DNA from: Phoronis australis
Taxonomy: Eukaryota; Animalia; Phoronida
Assembly: GCA_002633005.1 (NCBI GenBank)
Contig: NMRA01000409.1
Span: 1-64,000, forward strand
Reading direction: 5' to 3'
DNA length: 64,000 nt
In this document: positions 10,910 through 22,900 of the stretch, one piece after another
Layout of the letters: every line of letters begins with the position of its first letter
How positions within the stretch are numbered: the first letter of the stretch is position 1
Translations under genes and position numbers: made by a program
Notes under the pieces: model-generated
Seen by the model: only the letters and a program-made list of their open reading frames with translations
Databases searched by the model: none
Told to the model about the DNA's origin: nothing

Positions 10910-13900
10910 CTAAACATAAACAATAGCCGGGGTAAATTTAGATTTTGATTTACACGTACCATGGGCGCACCCATCATAGGGGGCTCGTTCGAGCCCTCCC
11001 CCCCATTTGGCGAATTGCGCAAAAAGGCCCGCATCAGTGAAACAAGTAAACGAGACAAAAGTACAAAAAGTCTACATGAAATCAGCGTGGCCTGAACCTA
11101 GTGGCTCCGTTTTTTTTAGTCCTTGTTATTTTTCCCAGTAAAAGGTCCGCATACCGAAAAATGCGAGCCCATCCACATTTCAGGCTGGGTGCACGCATCT
11201 TTACCAACATAATACTGTTTCGTTCGTGGATACAGAAATGACTCAAGGACGACATGGCTAATGTCTAAATGTTTATTAAATCGTATATGGATCATCAAAT
11301 GTCCCTTCCGTAACGCGAATAAACGCTAATGAGATCAGATGTTTTGCTTCTTATACTTGGCGGTATTTTGCAAAGACTTGTTTCAACTAGCCAAACTCGA
11401 AAGAACCTAACCTAACGGAACACAACCTGGAATGCGTCATAAGTGATGCTTTCCGATTAAATGCCCGATAAATAACTTCCACTCCTTTCTATGTAAACTA
11501 AGGAAGATATCGCGCTATTTTTACATGTTATAATACGTTTTCAAATTCGACTTGAAACAAACTCTTAGAATCCAAGCAAAAGATTACGGTTTTCTTCCAC
11601 AAAACGACTCCGATTCAGTCGCCAAAAGCCACGCAGCAGGGGCACCGAAGCGCTTTGATAATGACAAGCTTTCCCTACCTCGGACAAATTCTAGCAAGTG
11701 AGCGAGCGGATGAGCCCTGTAAACAGTGGTCACATGACGTAAGAGTTTTTGGTAGGTTATCTCTTAATCACTCACTCTCCGGACTTATCGACTACTGTCA
11801 CTAACATTACAAAGATGTGACAGCCCCGTGCCATCATTACTTAGTTTATTTCAGTAGGCCTCGGGCTCGTACATCACAGATATAGGCACACATAAATTAT
11901 CACCAATTTCGGGCATCCCAGGAAAATTTCGATTTGTGAATGAAGCCGTATTTGTATGAAGCGCCATCTGTACACCAACGGCATACCCTGACTGGCGTGA
12001 TGAAATTTCTCCCGCGTGCGTTGTACACGTACATTGTATGTAGTCAACAGGTGAGTCAAGCATAATTGCGCCGTTATTGTAAGTTATACCCCTAAGAAAC
12101 TTTTATATTCTGAGGACACGTGTTTAGCAATTCTAACGACAATAAATGTTTTATTCTAAATCGGAGATTTTCAGAAAGCACCAATAGGACGTTGCACTTG
12201 GTGAGGGAAGATTACTCTTATGGTCACTTGGCGGTATCACGAAGTATTCTTCACTGCGGGTGGCATAAGGCGATATTTTGACTACAGTGACTGTGATTAG
12301 ACGTGATGCGTTTAAAACAGACGTCAATATGCCTCCTCGTTACCGAAAGATCGCTGTTATCCATTAAGCAGTAATTCTACAAGTACCTGCCGTTTTGAAA
12401 ACTACCAATCGGTGTTTAGCCATTTGATTCTGTTGGGGTAACGTCTTTCCGATAACAGTCATAAGGATGTGCGCATGTGTTTGCTCAATGTGAATTTGGC
12501 ACTTTGACATGCCCAAAACTTTTTCTCTGAGATTTGTGAGATACCATTCAGGCAAGCCATTCGGTGGTTGAAAGTGCACGCGCATGCTCTCTGCTTTTGC
12601 TGGTTGGTTTTGTTCAGCTTTGACTCAATTATTTCCATAGCTCAGGGACACGTTCCAACAAAATTAACTTAGCTAAGATAAATCTTAATTTTAGTAAATT
12701 TTAAAATAAAGGTTATAGTTATTTTAAAACCAATTCAAGAAAGAGATCTTAAGTTGACATAAGTGTTTGACATAAGTTTTGTCTTAAGTTTGACTAACTG
12801 ACTGAATGTGGAAGTTTCAAAGTTTGGAAGTTGAGACAAATCTTAAACTTAAGTCAAAATGAACTTAAAGACGTTTCTTGGAACAGGCCCCAGTGTAATA
12901 AAACGTCTGAACTACGTGTAACAAGGTGAATGGAGACAATGACGAACATGGATGACGAAATTTACATTAACGGTACATGTATTTATTAGAAACGCTTTCT
13001 ACTTTCGTGTAAATAAACCTGGAACACAATGACAAACACGAATTTGCTTACCTTCAGGTTTATATCGTTGGCCAAAACCTCAACTCGTTGGCTCCTCAAC
13101 AAAGGGCTCCGTTTAATTGAGGACCCGTGATTAAGAGGCTGTGTAGAATTGGTGACTGGAGGAGACAGCACGGGTGAGGGTTCGTGTGAAAATCCAACCG
13201 ATTTGTCTGGGAATATTTGACCAACCAGACACGTGAGAGGTATTTTGAAAACGCTTACAGGCTTAGAGTTCCTCAAGACTGAAAAGAAAACAACGTTGTG
13301 CAATTCAGATCCTGGCGTGCGTTCAGTAACGGTAGGACCTACGCTAGGACCTAGCTAAAATCTAGCCAAAGTCACGTGATCTCTTTTAAAATACACGTCA
13401 ATATCTCGCGTAATCTCGCGAAGTCTTGCTTTTTAGCGAGGTCCTGCCGTTACTGAACAGGAGGCTGTTGTCTAGACAATAAGCGCTTACACGGAAACAG
13501 ATTTATTCGAAGGAAACGACGAAAATCTTTAACAACACACTCAGTCTAAAATTGAAACAAGTGACCTATTTCCAGCGTATGACCTCGAAATCTGACACAT
13601 GCGAAGCCTCGGTGACGTAGACAACAAGAACACCACCAGCACTGAGAAGCAGGGATCAGACGCCATCAGCCAGCAGGAATTCACTGACGTTTGTATTCAG
13701 AAGCTGACTATGTTCATGATACACAATTCTCGCAATCTCGTTTTCAGATCAAGGACCTGTTTCATGAAAAGTGATTTGGGACTTTAGAAAAATACATGTA
13801 TGTTGTCTTGCGCTCTCAGTTCACAGTTGCCAAATAAAGGTTTAGTCACGCATCTAGCTACCATCACTGCCTGGAAATAATGTGTACAAATTTTGCAAGT

Positions 13901-16900
13901 ATTCACAAGTAGCAGTTATGGGTATATTCTAAGATACTTAGTCCTTTTCGTGAAGTGAGTTTTAATTATTTTTTGCAAATACTTATTTGAAGCATGTAGA
14001 CAAAATTTCAGTGTAAAGCCTTAATCCTCTTTTCATCAAACACTTCCCGAATTACTGCAGGAATCGTTCATGACGTCACAAATTTGCGTACGGTCGTACA
14101 TGTACAACACTACCATAAGCACAACTTCGTAAAACGACGAGCCAACACATGTAGACATGTCTACGATCACTAAGCCATGATACTTTCCTGAGGCTCACTG
14201 TGCCCGAGACGCGAGCCTCGACTGAAAAAATAACGTTTAATGAGGCATGCTATAAGAAAATTGAGTAATCACGCAACCTCATTTTGGAAAAAATCACATC
14301 CCCAGCGATGTTACTGGTTGATTTTTTGATTGAATGTGGACGACGAACCTCTCTTTTGGCGTCTTTGTGACTAAGGTTTCTGCCTAATACTTACGCAATG
14401 GAGAGAGGGGAGGTGATAATCCGCTGTCGTTGGATTTGGACGTGGGTAGATGACTTTGTGCGGTTGACGAAAAATAGATGTCGCACTAAAACGAGACATG
14501 GTGTCCATAATTCGCAAACGGTCACGTGTCTAATACATGTACGTTCGAAAAGTGATTGACATTGCGAAGTTTCTACATCAAAGAGTGCAAATATAATCGA
14601 GTCTTTTCCCTAAATCTTGACTACGTGCATGGTCATCCCATGTATACATTTACCCCACAAGACGCGTTACTGCTAACTCCAAATAAAAGTACGGCAATTT
14701 TCACAAAAATCTATTTGATAAGTAGATGCAAACTGTTGCTCGCTACTCACTTTTCATACGTTAATTTCTTTAGGCACAGTTAAACCAAAATTCTTGTATA
14801 CACAAAACAGGCGTGCGTTCCGTTGACGCGAGGACCTCATGAAAACGCAAAATCATTCGAGATTTCACGATATATTGCCATGCACTACAAGTGCAGCATC
14901 TGACCGCATTAGCTTTTTTCGCGAGTTACTTGCGTCTACGGAACTTAGCCCAGGATAAGCGTCTACACTTGCCACCGTCTCAGCTGTTTACGTGCAAGTT
15001 TGCTGACGTGTCATACACCGGCGACGTACCTTGGATGTTATGAGGAATAAGCGGGGGAATGTCATCGTGTGAACGAGGTTGCCATTGATGATGAGACGAA
15101 TTTCTATCGTGTCTGGAGTGAATGCCATAATGTAAGGGAATGCGCAGACTGAAATAAGGCCAATCAAAACCATTTATTTTGATGAAAGCTAACGTGATAT
15201 GCTATGGCTTAAAATTACAAGGTCATCCAAAACCATTAAGTCGTTTAGTTATGGCAGAGATACAAGTTGCCTGTTGTACATGTCTACAAAGACTTACGCA
15301 GCATGGGCACATCAGCGAGGATCGGGGGCTCGTTCCCCCTCCCCCAATTTGGCCAATTGGGCAAAAACGTCCGCCACAGTGAAACAAACAGTCCGAGTAA
15401 AGGAGACAAAAGTCCACAAAGCCCACGGGAAGTCGGCGCGGATGCACGATCTGTGGGCTTGAACCCAGTGGCCCCGTTTTTTGTCCACGTCAATTTCTTT
15501 CAGTAAAAGGTCCGCATACCGAAATATTCAAGCCCCCCCCCTATATCTTAGGCTGGGTGGGCGCATACTTAGCAGTTATCTTTAAAATGTCGACTTTGAT
15601 GTCGACCTTAAAGTCGACCTTACCTATTGACTGCGGAGTGAGATTCCAACTGAAGTCAAACTCGTGACACTTTTCTTGTTTTAACCTTTGGAAATGGCAC
15701 ATTTCTGAAAAAAATCAATGCCTTTATACAACAAGTTATGCCGTCATTTTGACCTACATGTACTTACATAGAAGTCAGTACTCATACTTTCGGGAAATTG
15801 TCTAACCTACATCGACGAGAAACAAGAAGGCAGATGTTAACCATTACACAAGTGACGTGGTCAGTTACAAGACTTGCATACATATGATCAACCAATCACC
15901 TAGCTACAGTTACAACTGACGAGGCCAGAATGTCGTGAGGGGATCAAGCACGATTGATGAAGGACCTGAAAGATCTGCGTGTTTTGGAGCTTTTTTGGTT
16001 TTGCCTCATAAATCCTTTTAGAGCTATGCCGATTTTGAAAGAATAATCAAAGTGTTTTGTACACTAAACTGTTGGAGCTCAGTTGACCAACTAGCAAATA
16101 GAATGCGTTTCAAAGCGTTCTTGTATCTGTCTATCGATTCAGGTTTGATGGCATTTTGCAAATTCAAAAAATAATTGACCTGAATTACCTTACTATACGA
16201 AGTAACATGCAAATTGCATACCATACCTGTTTGACCTTAACAAGTATTACTCACGGAAACTCACGATCGTACCAGTCTCATGGGAGGCGCACCATAGGGG
16301 GCTGGGGCTATAGCCCCCCCACTTCTTTCAGGGCTACGCCGCAAGTGGGCTATAGGCGGTACACCACAGGGGGGCTGGGGGGGGGCTTTAGCCTCCACTT
16401 TTTTCAGTGCTGCGCCGCCCATGAGTCTAATGACAACTCACGATTGTAACAGAGAAGGAGTTCTGTTTCGTCGTCCTCGTAAACGTCTATGGCAGAAACA
16501 ATGTTGCACTTGTTTGTCTCGGCGTTGTACAGGGACAAACTATCGCCAGTCCGTTCATTGATCAAGTCAAACTGGTTCTTGTACCCAATGCAGATCTGAT
16601 TGTCTTCCTCCCTGGTGCCGTCAATGAGAGTGATGACTTGAGGTGTTTCTGGAGTCTGAATCTCCTACAGGGATTACGTAACATTATCAAGTTACTGGCA
16701 GCCTCAAACGCAGCACTGAGCATAACCTAACAAGTCGAACAGTCGAGTATTCTTTCTATTCTAAAAGTACTCTGTATGTGCACAGCAAAGCAAACTGCGG
16801 TCAACAGAAATGATGATATCAAAACTGACGGCGTGCTGACAGGAATATTTTTCGCATCAAAACAGATGTCTGATATTTCAAGGTTGATATTCTTCCTAGA

Positions 16901-19900
16901 AAACTATTGCCTGGAATTGACACGAGGAATAGTGTTAAGAGTAAATTTCCATTTATACATGTATGATGGTGATAGAATATCGGGTGTTCCTCTAAGGTCA
17001 GTAGAGATCCACGTTGTCGCATTTTGTCAAGAAGGAGATGTGGATCCAACTCAAGACAATCCAACACGCTTTCCCCAAATACAGCTAAGAATTTGCAACT
17101 AGGAGTTTTAGAATACCAAAGTATCGTTCCACGATGGCTTGAACTACCTTACAGAAATGTGCAACCTTTCTTACCCTGATGAACTGGAATCCTTCAACAG
17201 TGTCGTGGTCACACGTCTGGCACCACGCGGTCCACGCTGTGGAATGTTTCCATGTGAGCACCTGCAACTTCTTGCCAACGGCAACAATCATGCGCAAATG
17301 ACTTCCGCCGGGGCGACTGAGAGCGTAAAATGAGCAACCTGCGTTGGAAATAGGGAGTTCATTAGTTAAAAAATGAAAAACGAAACAGCTTGCAGACACA
17401 CACTAACAACAGTTTCTCGTTTCACTGAAGTTCTAGGCAGAACCCAAAATATATGACAGGAAAACTAACAGGACATAATACGGTCATTGATTGAATCTAA
17501 TTAAACATGGGCCCTATATTTCAAATTAATTCCCATATGTAAGAGCGTCTGTCAACACATTACCCTTCGTCTTTTCCAGTTTGTGCTCCTTCAGATCGTT
17601 CTTACTCCTCACAAAATCTTCATTGTACTCTCCCTCGAAGTCACTCAAGCGGAACACATGAACCCGACTTTCTTTCCCTTTCTCAACTCTCAGTAGTAAT
17701 AAGCCGTGAGCCTCGACAACGTTAATCTGCTTGACGGAGACTGTTCTGTCGAAAATCAATCGACGCGGACAATTTTCTGGAGATAATAAAAAAGTTCGTT
17801 ACAGAAATTATATATCATCGTAACTTTGTAAAATATGTCAAAACACATACATCTAGAGAAACATCCGGGTTTATTTGCAAGGGTCACTGTAGTATAGTGA
17901 TTTAGTCGTAGGCATGTTTTATGCGGAACAGTTACTTCCGGTTTAGCCACCATGTTGGTAATTGTCTTTGGTTTTTCCAGTGTAGAACAAATCGTTAATT
18001 AGAGTAACCATCTGCGTTGTTGACGACGAACGAAAGATCTAACATTGGCGACGAGGATTCCAGGAAATAACAGGGACAATTATTTTGACTGGGAACTGAC
18101 AATTACACAAAATGGAGGCTGGTGAACATGAACCGGGAAGTCACGTTTGCAGCCCAGGTATGGCTGGGTTGGGACTTAAAAACTTCGACTGTCAAAAATT
18201 TAGCTGCATCATGGAAGTGTTGGAAACGTGCAGCGTTGTTGATGATACGTGCCCAAGGCGTCAAAGATGAGGACAGGAAGGTTGCCATTTTGCTTCACAA
18301 CGGAGGTTTGGAATTGCAAGAAATTTATTACACTCTGGTTGATGAAGGTGAAACTTTGACTTTAGATCAAGCTTTGGCAGAGTTAGATAAGTATTTCACG
18401 CCAAAGACAAACACAGCATTTGAGAGACATGTTTTCAGACAACTAAAGCAAGAACAGAATGAAACTGTTGATCAGTATTTGTGTCGCTTGAGAGCAAAAG
18501 CTCTTAATTGTAACTTTGACAATGTTGATGAATCCTTGAGAGATCAGTTGATTGATAAGTGCTATAACCCTTTATTGAAAAGGAAATTTCTAGAAAAAGG
18601 GGGTGATGTGAAACTGTCTGATTTACAAGATGTTGCGCGCGCATTTGAGCAAGTTGATTTGCAAATGAAAGCCATGTCTCTAGGCGCCAATAGTCAGGCT
18701 GTTAATGCTGTTGGTCAAAGGAAGGTTGAATGCTTTAACTGTGGCCGTCAGGGACACTTGTACAAGGACCCGACTTGTCCTGCAAAATCGCAGAAGTGTC
18801 GAAAGTGTGGAAGAACTGGTCATTTTAAAGCCCGGTGTAAAGGTGAGGGTGCAGGGACGCAGCACTCTGATAAACCTAAAGCACGTGACAATAAACAGCG
18901 AGATAAACCACGCGAGAAAGCGCACGCGAGAAAGCAAGCAAATAGCGTCGACAACAGTCATGCTTTCGTAGTTAATAACTTAAACAATGTATCAACAGCC
19001 GGAATGTCTTTGAATATTGGTGGTGTGTTGTTAGAAGATATTTTGATTGACTCAGGAGCTGATGAAAATGTTATTAGTTCTCAAACGTGGGCTAAGCTCA
19101 AAGCTTCTCAGATTAAATGTATCTCGCGTAAAGGATATGATAAACCTTTATATGCGTACGGATGTAGTACCCCACTACCGGTGTTGGGAACTTTTGACTG
19201 TGTTGTTGTTTGTCCTGAGAACTCGAAGGAATGTGACGCGTCGTTTGTCGTTGTCGATGGAAACGGACGGTCATTACTGGGCAGGCGTTCGAGTGAAGCT
19301 CTGGGAGTCCTTCGAGTTGGACCCGAAATCAATGCGGTCGATTTGACTGATCGGTATGCGTCAGTATTTTCGGGAATTGGATGTCTGAAGGACTATTCTA
19401 TGACCCTAAACATTGATGAATCTGTGAAACCGGTGGCACAGCCTGTTCGCCGGGTGCCTTTCAACCTACGAGAGAAAGTCGATGAGAAACTCGACGAGTT
19501 GTTACGAGATGATATCATCGAGAAAGTTCCAGACGGTCCTACTCCGTGGATTTCACCACTTGTCGTCGTGCCGAAATCCGATGGAGACGTACGTATTTGT
19601 GTAGACATGCGTAGGGCAAATGCCGCGATCATTCGTGAGCGTCAACCCATACCGACCGTGGAAGAACTTTTATATGATTTAAACGGGAGTACCATATTTA
19701 GTAAGCTGGATTTGAAAGCTGGTTTCCACCAGATCGTCCTCGATGAACGCAGTCGATATATCACAACATTTGTCACGCACAAGGGTTTGTACCGATACAA
19801 ACGACTCATGTTCGGCGTAGCTAGTGCTCCGGAAAAGTACCAGCAAATAATTGCGGACATTTTCAAGGACATGGAGGGTGTCGCAAATATTGCAGACGAT

Positions 19901-22900
19901 TTGATCATACACGGGAAAGACATTCAGTGTCACAACCGGAATCTCGAAGCAGTTCTGAAGCGGTTGAGCGAAGTAGGCTTAACAGTGAACCAAAAGAAGT
20001 GTGAATTTCGTATGTCCCGTTTAACATTCTTTGGTCACACGATTACGAGTGAGGGAGTTATGCCGTCGGAAGAGAAGGTTGCAGCCATCCGAGACGCTGA
20101 ACCTCCTAAGACTGCAAGTGAAGCTCGTTCGTTCTTGGGACTAGTACAGTATGTTTCGAAATTCATCCCCGATGTATCCTCAGTTTGTGAACCTATCATG
20201 CGTCTGACGCGGAAGAACATTCGTTTTGAATGGACATCCGAGCAACAGAAGTCATTTGAACGGTTGAAGTCGCTTATTACGCGCGCAGAGACACTGGTGT
20301 TCTACAGTGGTGATCGTAAAACTAGAATCGTTGCCGATGCGTCGCCGGTGGGTTTGGGCGCTGTATTGACACAGTTACACAACGGCCTGTGGAGAGTTGT
20401 TTCCTATGCGTCGAGGAGCCTCTCCGAGGTTGAACGCCGTTACTCGCAGACCGAGAAGGAGGCTCTTGCCTTAGTTTGGGCGTGTGAACGTTTTCAACTC
20501 TATGTCTATGGTCGTGAGTTTGAATTGGAAACGGATCATAAACCTCTAGAATGTATTTTTGGTAATCGAGCGTCGAAGCCATCCGCACGAGTTGAACGTT
20601 GGGTGCTGAGGTTACAAGGCTTTGACTTTAAGGTGGTCTATCGTCCTGGAAAGACCAATATTGCGGATGCCTTGTCTCGTTTGAATCGTTCGAATTGCCC
20701 GGATGGTGGCAAATCAGAGGTTGATCACGTGTTGGCCATAGCTCGATCCGCGACTCCAGCGACATTGACTCCGCGTGAACTGGAACAAGAATCGGCAAAG
20801 GATCCTGATTTGATTGCTTTACGTTCGCACATCATGTCTGGTCATTGGACTGGTTGTAAGACAGCATCATTCATTGCAGTTAAAAATGAGTTGTGTGTTG
20901 TTGGACATTTGATTCTACGTGGAAACCGAATTGTCGTGCCGAAATCAATGCGTGCAAGAATCATTGAAATTGCTCATGAAGGCCATCAAGGCATTGTAAA
21001 AACTAAAAACCGTCTACGAACGAAAGTTTGGTGGCCTAAGATGGACTCTGAAGTGGAACGAATATGTAGGTCATGTCATGGATGTCAAGTGGTGGCAGGG
21101 GAGTTTGCACCACCTGAACCAATGCAACGAACGGAACCACCGACTGGGCCTTGGCAAGACTTGGCCATTGACTTATTGGGCCCATTGCCCAGTGGCGAAA
21201 GTATTCTTGTTGTTGTAGATTATTTTAGTAGATACTTTGAAACTGTTGTGCTCCATTCCACCACGACGGAAAGAGTGATTATGGCATTGGAGCCTATCTT
21301 TTCGCGATACGGTTACCCTTTCTCGGTTAAATCGGATAACGGAACTCAGTTTGTAAGCCAATTGTTCGAGGCTTATCTTAGTGAACGGGGAATTGAACAT
21401 CGACTCTCCCCTCCATTATGGCCTCAAGCCAATGGAGAGGTAGAACGACAAAATCGTACTTTGCTGAAATCTATCAAGATTGCGGTGCTCGAAGGCAAAG
21501 ATTGGAGAAAGGAACTACAGGGTTTCTTGTTAGCGTATCGATCAACACCGCATTCGACCACGGGTGCTTCCCCGGCATTTCTTATGTTTGGGCGGGAAAT
21601 TCGGACAAGATTGCCTGAACTACGACCGGATGCCCATGTGACTCTCGAGAATGTTCGTGATCGAGACTGGTGTAAGAAACTTGAAGGGAAATCGTACAGC
21701 GATGAAAAGAGACGCGCAACGAAAAACGATTTAACTCTTGGGACAAGTGTGTTACTCAAGAACACTAAATCGTCTGGGAAATTAGATCCCAAATTTGAAG
21801 CAGAACCTTACGTTCTTAAGGAGAAGGAAGGACATACAGTGACTGTAGAAGGTCCACAGGGAACCTTCACCAGAGACAGTTCATTTGTAAAACCATTCGT
21901 TGAACGCGAGACTGCACCAGAGTCGTCTCCATCTGCTGAGCCATCAGGCGAACCGCAACGGAGTATGGAACGACCAAAACGGACTATTAAAGTCCCATCA
22001 CGATTTGATGACTTTGTTTTAAACAAGTAGTTGCTCTCATGTTTAAGGGGGGAGGGAATGTAGTATAGTGATTTAGTCGTAGGCATGTTTTATGCGGAAC
22101 AGTTACTTCCGGTTTAGCCACCATGTTGGCAATTGTCTTTGGTTTTTCCAGTGTAGAATAAATCGTTAATTAGAGTAACCATCTGCGTTGTTGACGACGA
22201 ACGAAAGATCTAACAGTCACGTACTGTGTTGCCCGAACTAGGGTGCGTTCACACGATACACGGTACAGGTTTGATGCTAACATGGGTCTGTTCGTGAACA
22301 AGTCGAACTGTAGACAAATGTTTAATTACAGGATATCATTTAGCTCTCTAGTGGAGATTTGTGAGCGTTCGTGCCTCGCGAGTATCTTGAGCTTACGGAA
22401 CGCGAATCCAATCACAGATTCCAGTATGCGGAAACACAACAGCATCTGAATTCTGTTGTGGCGGCTGTGGCCGTTGTAACCCAAACGAAGTTAAAACGTT
22501 GAAATTCATACATTTTGGTGTCGACGGGTTCAAACCAACTAAATAGTCCAAATGAACAACTCCTGTAGAAGACACAAAGGCGCAAAGTTTCGCACATTTT
22601 GAAGGGCTTTTACTTCCGATTGACTTTCAACAAAAGTGTAGAAAAACTACAATGCGTGGATGTTTTTATTGACGACCATAGTTTTCGGTCCAAGTTTTTT
22701 ACGATTTAGATCCAGCTGTAGCAGGTGGAGAAACGTATCAAGCACATTAATGTAAAACTAGGGGCAAATTCGGTGGACTCTTTTGTATTCCATGACCTGT
22801 TTTCTGATACTTCATAAAGAACGTATTTTTAATTGACTGATTTCGAATATGCAACACATGAACCGAGATGCACCGCTGTTAGATCAAAGACACGTGCGAT

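Larger units (their letters stand above)
17888..22215 (+). mobile_element. Full-length Ty3/gypsy (Mag-like) LTR retrotransposon
   Basis: TG...CA LTRs at 17888-18044 and 22059-22215 (157 bp, 2 mismatches); 5-bp TSD GTCAC (17883-17887, 22216-22220); PBS and PPT present; single gag-pol ORF. Confidence 0.97.

Noticed and set aside
15850-15985. CTGACGAG / TTGATGAAG..GAAAG hammerhead-like words
   Set aside because: Could be a very old Penelope pLTR, but I cannot build the stems.
18680-22086. Small antisense and alternate-frame ORFs within the retrotransposon
   Set aside because: Shadows of the gag-pol frame; no env-like or other extra gene.
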